DNA of 32,000 bases. Source: Candidatus Saccharimonadota bacterium. GTDB taxonomy: Bacteria > Patescibacteriota > Saccharimonadia > Saccharimonadales > UBA4665. The stretch is taken from contig OY970322.1 in the NCBI GenBank assembly GCA_963716945.1, positions 450,001-482,000 of the forward strand, given 5' to 3'. Positions 1 through 7,996 of this stretch are shown one piece after another. The notes under the pieces were generated by a model. That model was not told the DNA's origin. It made no database searches and saw nothing but the letters and a program-made list of their open reading frames with translations. The translations under genes and the position numbers were made by a program. Positions within the stretch are counted from its first letter, which is position 1. Each line of letters opens with the position of its first letter.

Positions 1-31
1 GCTCGCCAGCCCGCCGCTTAGCAGCGCTCCG

Positions 32-1525
32 GTGCCGCCCCCGCCTGCCGCAACGCCGCCCCAAGCCGCCCCACCCCAAGCCGGCCGTTTGCCGCTGGAT
101 ATGGACTTGCCCGGCGGTGCCAGCCAAGACCACTTCGAATCCTTGAGGCGGCGGGCCAAATGGCGCGACCGCCGCCGCAATGCCGCCCGAGTTACGGCCG
201 TGGCCCTGGTCTTGCTTATTACTATGGGCGGACTGCTGTTTTCGCAGAGTTATTTGAAGCTGCACAAAGTCTTCAAGGGCGGCACCGGCACGGCGGCCGC
301 GCTCAAGGTTAACGTTAACCCCGACCTGCTGAAAGGCGAGGGCAGCGGCCGCGTCAACATCCTGCTGATGGGACGGGGCGGCGGCAACCACGACGGGCCG
401 GACCTGACCGACACCATGATGCTGGCCAGCATCGATCCGGTTAACCACACCGCGACGCTTCTAAGTTTGCCGCGTGACCTCTGGGTCAACGTACCTAACC
501 AAGGGGTCATGAAACTCAACGCCGTTTGGGAAACCGGCGAATTCAAGTATCTCGGCAAAGTCGCCCCGGGCAGCACCGACCCCAAGGCGATTTCGGCCGG
601 CTTCAACCTGGTTGACCAGACTGTCGGCAGTATCCTGGGCATTAATATCGATTACAATGCGCTGGTTGATTTCCAGGCCTTCCAACAGGCTGTCGATACC
701 GTTGGCGGCGTAACCGTTAACGTGCCCACGCCTCTGGTTGACCCGACCATGGCTTGGGAAAACAACGGTAACGCCACGCTGGCCCAGGCCGGACTGCAGA
801 ATTTCGACGGCAAGCAGGCGCTGCTCTACGTCAGGTCGCGCGAAACTACCAGCGACTTCGCCAGAGCCCAGCGCCAAAGGGCCGTCTTATTGGCCCTGAA
901 GAGCAAGGTCGAGACCGTCGGTACGCTCAGCAACCCTTTCAAAATATCGGGTTTGTTCAGCGCCTTCGGCAACAATGTCCAGACCGACCTGTCGCTCAGC
1001 AACGCCGACCGGCTTTATGACATCTTAAAAGATGTCGACGGCGCTAATATCAGTTCAATTGACCTGGACGGCGGCTCGGTACCAGGGGCTACCCAGTACG
1101 TTACCGATGGCAACATTAACGGCCAGTCAATCGTTTTGCCGAAGGCCGGCCTGTTCCAGTACGGCGACATCCAGCAGTTTGTCCGCAGCCAGCTCAAGGA
1201 CCCTTATATAGTGAAAGAGAACGCCCCGATTATAGTCTTGAACGGTACCACGACCTCGGGTCTGGCAACCAACGAGGCCGACCTGCTCAAGACTTACGGT
1301 TACAACGTGATCCAGGCCGGCGACGCGCCGGAAACCAACTGGACGACCACGACCCTGGTCGACCTCAGCCACGGCAAGGATAAATATACGGCTCACTATC
1401 TGGAGCAGCGTCTTAACGTTAAGGCCCTGACCGCTATGCCCGGCGATAACATACCCACAAACGGCGCCGACTTTGTTATCATAATAGGCAGTGATGAGGC
1501 CAACCTTACGACTCCGCAATCTTAA
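32..1525 (+). CDS. LytR-CpsA-Psr (LCP) family envelope glycopolymer transferase; the frame is open to the window edge, so the true start may lie upstream
   Basis: LCP-type block VNILLMGRGGG..DLTDTMMLASIDP..ATLLSLPRDLWV. N-terminal TM helix VTAVALVLLITMGGLLF. No in-frame stop between nt 2 and 32. Confidence 0.85.
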   Translation: MPPPPAATPPQAAPPQAGRLPLDMDLPGGASQDHFESLRRRAKWRDRRRNAARVTAVALVLLITMGGLLFSQSYLKLHKVFKGGTGTAAALKVNVNPDLLKGEGSGRVNILLMGRGGGNHDGPDLTDTMMLASIDPVNHTATLLSLPRDLWVNVPNQGVMKLNAVWETGEFKYLGKVAPGSTDPKAISAGFNLVDQTVGSILGINIDYNALVDFQAFQQAVDTVGGVTVNVPTPLVDPTMAWENNGNATLAQAGLQNFDGKQALLYVRSRETTSDFARAQRQRAVLLALKSKVETVGTLSNPFKISGLFSAFGNNVQTDLSLSNADRLYDILKDVDGANISSIDLDGGSVPGATQYVTDGNINGQSIVLPKAGLFQYGDIQQFVRSQLKDPYIVKENAPIIVLNGTTTSGLATNEADLLKTYGYNVIQAGDAPETNWTTTTLVDLSHGKDKYTAHYLEQRLNVKALTAMPGDNIPTNGADFVIIIGSDEANLTTPQS

Positions 1526-2249
1526 ACCGACCAGCGGCATTGCCCACTTTTTGCACCTAGGTTTAGTCCTGGTGCTGCCGTTATTGGTGTTCGTGCTGGT
1601 AAATTTGAACTTCGTTCAGCTTGCTCTCAGCATAATCGTATTAAGTAAATGGCGTATGTTTGCCGTAAGACCACGATTCTGGGCAGCCAATATCAGGGCT
1701 AACGCCATCGATCTGATGGTCGGCCTGTCGATAGTCTTATTTATGACCCACAGCGGCAGCGTTACGCTGCAGGCGCTTTGGGCGGTCCTATATGGGGTAT
1801 GGCTGGTGGCGATTAAGCCCGGTTCAGGCGTGCCGATGATTACGGCCCAGGCTTTCATCGGCCAGTTCATGGCTTTGTCGGCGCTGTACCTGGCTTGGGC
1901 CGACGGTCCGGTCTACGGCCTGACGCTGCTGAGCGGCCTGTTTTGCTTCCTGGCGGCGCGCCACTTCCTGGACGCTTTTGACGAGCCTTACGCCAAAATG
2001 CTGGCCTATGTCTGGGGTTACTTCGGCGCCGCCCTGGCCTGGCTGCTAAGCCACTGGCTGTTGTTCTACAGGGGCGTAGCCCAGCCGACGCTGCTGCTCA
2101 GCACGGTCGGTTACGGTATAGCCCTGCTTTATTACCTGGACCATAATGACCGTCTTGGCAAAGGCCTCAAGCGCCAATTCATATTCATCATGTTAGCCAT
2201 CGTACTGGTCGTCCTGGCGTTTTCCGACTGGGGCGACAAGGTCGTTTAG
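1491..2249 (+). CDS. Polytopic membrane protein of unknown family
   Basis: 252-aa ORF with at least 6 hydrophobic helices and host-like GC3-rich codon usage. The start is uncertain because the ATG overlaps the LCP gene by 35 nt. Confidence 0.6.
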   Translation: MMRPTLRLRNLKPTSGIAHFLHLGLVLVLPLLVFVLVNLNFVQLALSIIVLSKWRMFAVRPRFWAANIRANAIDLMVGLSIVLFMTHSGSVTLQALWAVLYGVWLVAIKPGSGVPMITAQAFIGQFMALSALYLAWADGPVYGLTLLSGLFCFLAARHFLDAFDEPYAKMLAYVWGYFGAALAWLLSHWLLFYRGVAQPTLLLSTVGYGIALLYYLDHNDRLGKGLKRQFIFIMLAIVLVVLAFSDWGDKVV

Positions 2250-2275
2250 CAAGGGTTAAAGGGAGGGAAGCAAGC

Positions 2276-3601
2276 GTGTCAGACGACGAAAATCTGGATA
2301 AAGCCAAAGAAATCGGGGCCTACGGAGTCGCCAGTGCCAAAAAGGACAGCAGCCGCACGGTTACGTTCACCGTACCGTCGGTTCGGAAACCGAAATTACG
2401 GTTGCGGGCGCCCGATAATCCGCGCGCCAAAGCCGTCGCCGTACTGGTGCTTTTCATCCTGGCCGGTCTGCTAAGCGGTTTCGGGGGCGCCTGGCTGGAG
2501 ACCCGCAATAACCAGAACACCGTCCTTGTCGGCGGTACGCTCAGCAACCAGAAAAAAATCGTTACCAGCCAAAGCCAGCTAATCAGCCAAATCGCCAAAA
2601 CGGTCGGGCCGAGCGTGGTCAGCGTCAATGTCAACATCACCGACAATTCCAGCTCGCAGAACGCCGGCGGCTTCGGCCTCTTCGGCTTCTCTCAGCCGGA
2701 AAACGAACAGGCGGCCGGGACGGGGATTATCATATCTTCCAGCGGCCTGATCGTGACCAACCGCCATGTCGTACCCGACGGCACTACCAGCGTCAGCGTG
2801 ACGCTCAGCGACGGCACTGAACTAAAAAATGTCTCCGTCATCGGCCGTACCAGCGACAGCGACAGCCTGGATATTGCTTTCCTAAAGATCAATGATACGC
2901 AGGGCCACAAACTGACGCCGGCCGTGATTGGCGATTCTTCGACCGTCCAAGTCGGCGACAACGTCGTGGCTATCGGTAACGCCCTCGGCCAATTCCAGAA
3001 CACCGTGACCAGCGGCATCATCTCCGGTTACGGCCGCAGCGTCCAGGCCACCGATAGCTCCGGCGACGCTTCGACGGCCGAAAACCTCGACGACCTGTTC
3101 CAAACCGACGCCGCGATTAACGAGGGCAACTCCGGCGGCCCCCTGGTCAACCTGAACGGGCAGGTGATCGGCATCAATACGGCTACGGCCGGCGACGCCC
3201 AGAATATCGGCTTCGCCATACCGATTAACGATGTCCGCGGTTTGATTACCCAAGTGCTTAAAACCGGTAAATTCTCCCGGCCGTACCTGGGGGTGGCCTA
3301 TATACCGCTAACGGCTGACGTGTCCAACGAGTACAACCTCAGCGTCCAGAACGGCGCCTTCATCGCTCCCAGCAGCGACCCTACCAACCCGTCGGTCATA
3401 GCCGGCAGTCCGGCGGCCGCGGCCGGCCTGCAGACCAATGACGTCATCACCGCCGTCAACGGCACCAGCATTGACCAGGACCACTCGTTAACCAGCTTGC
3501 TTGACCAGCACCAGCCGGGCGACAAGATTACTTTGACCGTCCTGCGCGGCAGCAAGACATTGAGCATCGACGTCACGCTCGGCACCATGCCCAGCAGTTA
3601 G
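2276..3601 (+). CDS. htrA: HtrA/DegP-family (S1C) serine protease with a C-terminal PDZ domain, membrane anchored
   Basis: Catalytic triad contexts TNRHVV, DIAFLKI and GNSGGPLVN. PDZ-like tail and N-terminal TM helix. GTG start preceded by AAGGGAGGGAAG. Confidence 0.9.
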   Translation: MSDDENLDKAKEIGAYGVASAKKDSSRTVTFTVPSVRKPKLRLRAPDNPRAKAVAVLVLFILAGLLSGFGGAWLETRNNQNTVLVGGTLSNQKKIVTSQSQLISQIAKTVGPSVVSVNVNITDNSSSQNAGGFGLFGFSQPENEQAAGTGIIISSSGLIVTNRHVVPDGTTSVSVTLSDGTELKNVSVIGRTSDSDSLDIAFLKINDTQGHKLTPAVIGDSSTVQVGDNVVAIGNALGQFQNTVTSGIISGYGRSVQATDSSGDASTAENLDDLFQTDAAINEGNSGGPLVNLNGQVIGINTATAGDAQNIGFAIPINDVRGLITQVLKTGKFSRPYLGVAYIPLTADVSNEYNLSVQNGAFIAPSSDPTNPSVIAGSPAAAAGLQTNDVITAVNGTSIDQDHSLTSLLDQHQPGDKITLTVLRGSKTLSIDVTLGTMPSS

Positions 3602-3773
3602 AGCTCCGACAAATTTGTATTCAAACGATGCTCCCCGCCATATATGTGTTCGCTAAGGCAGGTCGGGCGGTCGCGCCAGCACCTGCCCGGCAGGCTGGTG
3701 GCTGCCAGTTTGCAATGCTTGCAAGCTCTAAGGCTAAAGCTGCGGGCCGCTCCGGCCTATGGCTTGTCAGCCG

Positions 3774-3810
3774 ACGAACCGGTCTTTGACGGCCTTAGAC
3801 GGCGGTTCGT
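3774..3810 (-). terminator. Stem-loop 11 nt downstream of the prmC stop, possibly a U-tract-less or bidirectional terminator
   Basis: ACGAACCG+GTCT (3774-3785) pairs with AGAC+(GG bulge)+CGGTTCGT (3797-3810), giving 12 bp. There is no T-tract on either strand. Confidence 0.35.
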
Positions 3811-3820
3811 AACGGCCGCT

Positions 3821-4672
3821 TCAGGCTTTGCTGAAAACCTGGATGAAGTCGTCGGAGCGGCTTAAGCGGTAGTCCGCCTGTTCGGCGATAGACCGCAGGG
3901 CCGCGTGTTGCGGCGGCAAAGCCTCAGTTAAAATATACAACGGTTGGCGCGGCCTGCGGGCTGCCTGGTCAAACAGCCTTCGGTACAGGCCGAGCCCGTC
4001 CGGACCGCCAAAAATCGCGCTGGCAGGCTCATGGGCGGCCGATAAGTTTATCTCATAGTCATCTGGCACGTAGGGCAGGTTGCAGAGTAGGACGTCATAA
4101 CTGCGCCTGGCGGCCGTTAGCAGGTCGCTTCTGATAACGTTTATGCTTAATGTAAATTTATCTACATTGATTTTGGCGACTTTCAGAGCTTCAGGGTCAA
4201 TATCTAACAGTTCAACGGCCGTTTTTGGCAGCTCCAGAGCGGCCGTAATACCGAGGGCGCCGCTGCCGGTACCGACGTCGGCGATGGTTATGGGCCGTCC
4301 GCTTTTGGGCCCAGCTGAGCCCGAATTACGTCCGCCGGCACCAAACAGCGGCAGACTTTTCAAAAGGTCGATCATAGTCTCCGATTCCGGCCTCGGCTCC
4401 AGCACGGCCGGCGTGAGTACAAATTGCCGGCCATAGAATTCCGTCTTGCCGCGGAGGTAGGCCAACGGTTCGTGCTGCGCCCGGCGCTTGAGCAACTTTT
4501 CGATTTCCGCCTGCTGTTTGGATAATAATTTGTGCTCCGGGTGTGCCAGCAGCCACGCCCGGTCCTGGCCCGTGGCGTCTTCCAGCAAGACCAGCGCGTC
4601 CAGCCGGGCCGTGCCGACCCCGGCTTGCCGAAGCCGGTGCTCGGCTTCCCGCAACCATTCGTGAATGCTCAT
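3821..4672 (-). CDS. prmC: Release-factor glutamine N5-methyltransferase PrmC/HemK
   Basis: SAM motif DVGTGSGALG. The catalytic tetrapeptide reads NLPY, a variant of NPPY. HemK-like N-terminal helical region, and located in the prfA neighbourhood. Confidence 0.85.
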   Translation of the reverse strand: MSIHEWLREAEHRLRQAGVGTARLDALVLLEDATGQDRAWLLAHPEHKLLSKQQAEIEKLLKRRAQHEPLAYLRGKTEFYGRQFVLTPAVLEPRPESETMIDLLKSLPLFGAGGRNSGSAGPKSGRPITIADVGTGSGALGITAALELPKTAVELLDIDPEALKVAKINVDKFTLSINVIRSDLLTAARRSYDVLLCNLPYVPDDYEINLSAAHEPASAIFGGPDGLGLYRRLFDQAARRPRQPLYILTEALPPQHAALRSIAEQADYRLSRSDDFIQVFSKA

Positions 4673-4692
4673 GCGTATAGTATGGCAGATAG

Positions 4693-4721
4693 TTTACAAA
4701 TTAGAATAATAGTTTTAAAAT
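4693..4721 (+). promoter_or_regulatory. Sigma70-like promoter TTTACA-17-TAAAAT ending 6 nt before the GTG at 4728
   Basis: Hexamers and spacer read directly, within a 55-nt AT-rich divergent region. Confidence 0.45.
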
Positions 4722-4727
4722 ATATAA

Positions 4728-5810
4728 GTGAATAGAATCCCGGAGAGTTTGCCGCCCAGGTCCGGTCAGCCGCCAGATACGGATACGACTTTTATATTTT
4801 GGCGCCATATAGATGCCAATGTCGAGCACATGCTTCCGTATCTGGATGATGCCGACGTCGTCTTGCTGGAAACGACGCCGCTGGAACAAAAACGAAGCAA
4901 AATAGTACGCGAAGCCTTGCTGAACCGGTTGCTTGGGGGCCCGCTGACCGCCCGCCAGACGAACATACTTGCTTATGAATATGGCCGGGATGCCGAGCAC
5001 CTGAGTTACGAAAATATTGATATGCCGTCTCTTCGCGGTTCGCTGGTGGCAACCGAATGGGGAATCGTAGACCGCTTCCATGACAGCGGCAAAACAATCC
5101 GTTTAATCGACGCCAACCCTAAGGATCATCCCGGCATCGTCGGCCAGGTGCGCGAGGCGCTGGTCGTAGCGATGACCGCCAACGATGCCATGCGCTCCGA
5201 TACGCCGAGTTCCTTTGCTGAAATCAAGGGGTGGCAGACGGATTTTTTCAGGCTTGAGGGCCTGTCAACCGCCGGGCGCGACGAAATTGCCGCCGCGCAG
5301 GTCACGGCGGCCCAAGCGGAATTTCCCGGCAAACGGCTAGCCGTAGTCTATGGCGCGCTGCACAGCGGAATTTCGCACGAGTTCTTAAGGCGCGGTGACG
5401 GAGCCCGCCGGATCTTTCTGGACCCTATACCGAGTCCGGCAGGCAGCACGGTATATTACGGGTTGGACGGCGAAGCCATACGCAGGTTCCGGTTCGGCAA
5501 ACCGGTCACTGACGAATTAATCATGCGTACGCTGCTTCAGAGTGCCTTGGTCGCGTGTATGGCCCACGAAAAAGACATTGTGCTTGGTTCCGAGGTGGCC
5601 GACCTATGGAAGTTCGAGGAAGCCACGCACCGCATGAGAATCATGGCCGACAGGATAGCCAGACGGGCGACGGCTGAGCAGCTTAGCACCTACGCGGCCG
5701 TGGCCGACGAGGCCTTCAAGGACCCCCGGACCGAGACGAAACAAAGGGTCATGGAGCACTTAGGCGGCTTGGTGGCGGCGAGCTCCGCTCCACTAGCGGA
5801 TAAGGGCTAG
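4728..5810 (+). CDS. Hypothetical protein, possibly a divergent TraB/GumN/Tiki-superfamily member
   Basis: 360-aa ORF. FIFWRH(27)..ADVVLLE(48) and AVVYGALH(212)SG..LRRG resemble the N-terminal His...D-V-x-V-E and C-terminal GxxHxxG..L..G signatures of TraB/GumN. No TM segments. Motif-level evidence only. Confidence 0.55.
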   Translation: MNRIPESLPPRSGQPPDTDTTFIFWRHIDANVEHMLPYLDDADVVLLETTPLEQKRSKIVREALLNRLLGGPLTARQTNILAYEYGRDAEHLSYENIDMPSLRGSLVATEWGIVDRFHDSGKTIRLIDANPKDHPGIVGQVREALVVAMTANDAMRSDTPSSFAEIKGWQTDFFRLEGLSTAGRDEIAAAQVTAAQAEFPGKRLAVVYGALHSGISHEFLRRGDGARRIFLDPIPSPAGSTVYYGLDGEAIRRFRFGKPVTDELIMRTLLQSALVACMAHEKDIVLGSEVADLWKFEEATHRMRIMADRIARRATAEQLSTYAAVADEAFKDPRTETKQRVMEHLGGLVAASSAPLADKG

Positions 5811-5811
5811 A

Positions 5812-6867
5812 TTATTCGCTGCTGAGCAGTTCGTGTTCGGCGGCCTGCAGCTGGGTAATCAGGTCGTCGATATCGCCGTCGAGGGCGCCGGGAATATTGG
5901 AACGCGAGTAGCCGATGCGGTGGTCGGTAATCCGGTCCTGCGGGAAGTTATAAGTGCGGATCTTCTCGGAGCGGTCGCCCGAACCGATTAGCTTCTTGCG
6001 GGCGTCGGATTGCTGTTGTTGCTCTTCTTCGATTTTCATAGCCAGCAGGCGCGAACGCAGGACGCTCATAGCCTTGGCCTTGTTCTTGATCTGGGATTTC
6101 TCGTCCTGGTTGGAGACGACCAAGCCGGTCGGCAGGTGGGTGATACGGACGGCCGAGTCGGTGGTATTAACTGACTGGCCGCCATGGCCACCACTGCGGT
6201 AAACGTCGATTCGCAGATCGGCCGGGTCGATATCGATATCGGTTTCTTCGGCTTCCGGCAGCACGGCGACCGTCGCGGTCGAAGTGTGGACCCGGCCCTG
6301 GCTCTCGGTGACCGGTACCCGCTGGACGCGGTGGACGCCGGCTTCGAACTTAAGGTTCTTGTAGGCTTCCGGGCCGTGGACGCCGAAAGTTATCTCTTTG
6401 AAGCCGCCGACTTCGTTAGGCGATTCGTTGATCAGCTCGACTTTGTAGCCGTGGTTCTCGGCCCAGCGGTTGTACATCCGGTAAAGCTCGCCGGCGAACA
6501 GGCTGGATTCGTCGCCGCCGGCCGCGGCCCGGATCTCGATGATGACATCGCGGTCGTTATTGGGGTCCTGGGGGGTCAGGGCGGCGAGCAGCTTTTCTTC
6601 GTTGGCGGCGAGTTTGGTTTCAAGTTCGTCAAGTTCGGCACCGGCCATCTCGGCCAGCTCGGCATCGTTGCCGCGTTTGAGTTCCTCGGAGGCTTTCTTA
6701 TCGTTTAGAAGTTTGGCTTTTTCATCGAACAGGGCGGCCAGGTCTTCCAGCTCGCTGCGGCGCTTGGCCAGTTTGGGATAATTCTTGTCACTATAAATAG
6801 ACGGATCCTGGAGTTTGGTTTCCAGCTCCTGGAGTTCGTCTCGTAGTTGCTGCTCTTTTTTGTCCAT
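5812..6867 (-). CDS. prfA: Peptide chain release factor 1
   Basis: GGQ motif (SGGHGGQSVNTTDSAVRITHLPTG) and the RF1-type tripeptide PVT (RVQRVPVTESQGRVHTS). Confidence 0.97.
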   Translation of the reverse strand: MDKKEQQLRDELQELETKLQDPSIYSDKNYPKLAKRRSELEDLAALFDEKAKLLNDKKASEELKRGNDAELAEMAGAELDELETKLAANEEKLLAALTPQDPNNDRDVIIEIRAAAGGDESSLFAGELYRMYNRWAENHGYKVELINESPNEVGGFKEITFGVHGPEAYKNLKFEAGVHRVQRVPVTESQGRVHTSTATVAVLPEAEETDIDIDPADLRIDVYRSGGHGGQSVNTTDSAVRITHLPTGLVVSNQDEKSQIKNKAKAMSVLRSRLLAMKIEEEQQQQSDARKKLIGSGDRSEKIRTYNFPQDRITDHRIGYSRSNIPGALDGDIDDLITQLQAAEHELLSSE

Positions 6868-6894
6868 GGTAAATGCCTGGCTTTAAGTATATAG

Positions 6895-6934
6895 GTAAAT
6901 AAAAATCGCCCGAAAGATTATATCGCGGGCGATT
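6895..6934 (-). terminator. Intrinsic terminator after rpmE
   Basis: On the minus strand, AATCGCCCG - 13-nt loop - CGGGCGATT (9 bp) is followed by TTTTTATTT. Confidence 0.6.
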
Positions 6935-6949
6935 AAAGGGCTAGGGTAG

Positions 6950-7309
6950 CTATTGGCCGGGGGTTTTGACGTTTTCGGCCTTGGCTTCGGCCTTTTCGAT
7001 CTTGGCGGCGGTGCGCTTAGCCTGCTTTTGGGCGGCGGCGGCCCGTTTGTCCTTAGAAGCCTGGCCGGCGGCGGCCCGGGCCTTGAACTTGTCGACGCGG
7101 CCTTCGATGTCAAGGATGCGCTCTTCGCCGGTGAAGAAAGGATGCGAGGCGCTGGTGATGTGGACCTTGACCAAAGGGTACTCGCTGCCGTCTTCCCACT
7201 TGGTTTTCTCTTCGGTGGCAACGGTCGAACGCGTCAGGAAACGGAACCCATTGTTGAGGTCCTCGAAGACGACTAGGCGGTAGTTGTCGGGGTGCAGGTC
7301 TTTTTTCAT
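6950..7309 (-). CDS. rpmE: 50S ribosomal protein L31 (Cys-less type-B-like) with a Lys/Ala-rich C-terminal extension
   Basis: [17 protein letters not shown]...[10 protein letters not shown] is the L31 signature. No CxxC motif. Start taken at the internal ATG at 7309, not the ORF-track start at 7327. Confidence 0.93.
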   Translation of the reverse strand: MKKDLHPDNYRLVVFEDLNNGFRFLTRSTVATEEKTKWEDGSEYPLVKVHITSASHPFFTGEERILDIEGRVDKFKARAAAGQASKDKRAAAAQKQAKRTAAKIEKAEAKAENVKTPGQ

Positions 7310-7317
7310 GTCGGTCC

Positions 7318-7347
7318 ATAATATCATATCTGTTAGCCGGCGGTCAA
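7318..7347 (-). promoter_or_regulatory. Promoter TTGACC-18-TATTAT ending 8 nt before the rpmE ATG
   Basis: Read on the minus strand. Confidence 0.45.
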
Positions 7348-7383
7348 CAGGACCGGGGGGAAGCCGCCAGTCAAACCAGATTT

Positions 7384-7411
7384 TTGACTTTATGCTAAAA
7401 AATCGTATTAT
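7384..7411 (+). promoter_or_regulatory. Promoter TTGACT-16-TATTAT for the 7444 ORFan
   Basis: Near-consensus hexamers. GGAG lies 9 nt upstream of the GTG at 7444. Confidence 0.55.
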
Positions 7412-7443
7412 AGGATAAAGCCGTAACGCCTGGAGCAGTTGCC

Positions 7444-7974
7444 GTGTCCGGAAGTCCCATAGACGTAAACCAGTTTTCGATTGACCATTTGTTATTAGCC
7501 CAAGATGCGGCCGGTGATTTGATACCCGGCGGTTCGGGCAGCCTGGTCCGCGAACAGCCGGACCTGTCCCGGTACCTGATCGGCGAGGTAGCCGCCGGCC
7601 GGATGGGTATATGCGAAGGCTACTCGCCGGCCGCCGTGGACGCGCCTACCATGGAGGCTTTCGAGGACCTGGCCTTACGCTGCGGCGGGGAAAGCTTCGA
7701 GGTGCGGCCCAGGCAGCAGCCATACCCTTTGATAACTATCGTCCGGCTCGGCAAGACGCTGGTGGCACATGTCAGCGAAGCGGGCCCGGCCAGCCCTGAG
7801 CCGGCCGGCGTCCCGCTAGTCGTCGGATATGAATCTCAAGAAGAGGCCAAAGCCAAGTTTGAACGCAAGAAACGCTCCTTCGTCCGCGATATCCCGGGCG
7901 CCGTGGTGCTTAGGACCGAAATCGACGTCGAGTGGGACAAGCTGGCCCGCCTGCCGGTGCGCCACGCCGATTAA
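7444..7974 (+). CDS. Hypothetical protein (ORFan); its N-terminal ~90 aa resemble the N-terminus of the 15086 protein
   Basis: 176-aa ORF with its own promoter and SD. Collinear motif blocks are shared with 15086 (see findings). Confidence 0.6.
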   Translation: MSGSPIDVNQFSIDHLLLAQDAAGDLIPGGSGSLVREQPDLSRYLIGEVAAGRMGICEGYSPAAVDAPTMEAFEDLALRCGGESFEVRPRQQPYPLITIVRLGKTLVAHVSEAGPASPEPAGVPLVVGYESQEEAKAKFERKKRSFVRDIPGAVVLRTEIDVEWDKLARLPVRHAD

Positions 7975-7996
7975 GCCGGGTTGCGCCTGCTAGTAT

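Noticed and set aside
3657-3707. Possible SRP (4.5S) RNA, because of AGGCAGG / AGCA-containing hairpins
   Set aside because: There is no GNRA (GGAA) tetraloop and no GGAAGCAGCC-type domain IV consensus, and the inner loop is GUCG. The resemblance is limited to GC-rich pentamers.
3795-3815. A tRNA T-loop-like GGTTCGT sequence
   Set aside because: No complementary 5-bp T-stem, acceptor stem or anticodon arm can be drawn on either strand. The sequence is one arm of the 12-bp hairpin.
3644-3865. A 73-aa plus-strand ORF in the htrA/prmC intergenic region
   Set aside because: The product is Arg/Leu/Ala-rich, as expected from translating GC-rich noncoding sequence. There is no SD or -10 box, it overlaps the prmC 3' end by 45 nt, and it coincides with the stem-loop cluster.
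6868-6894. A dedicated prfA promoter between the rpmE terminator and the prfA ATG
   Set aside because: A TATACT-like box exists on the minus strand, but no acceptable -35 sits at 16-19 nt, and the spacing to the ATG fits neither the leaderless nor the SD pattern. It is left uncalled.
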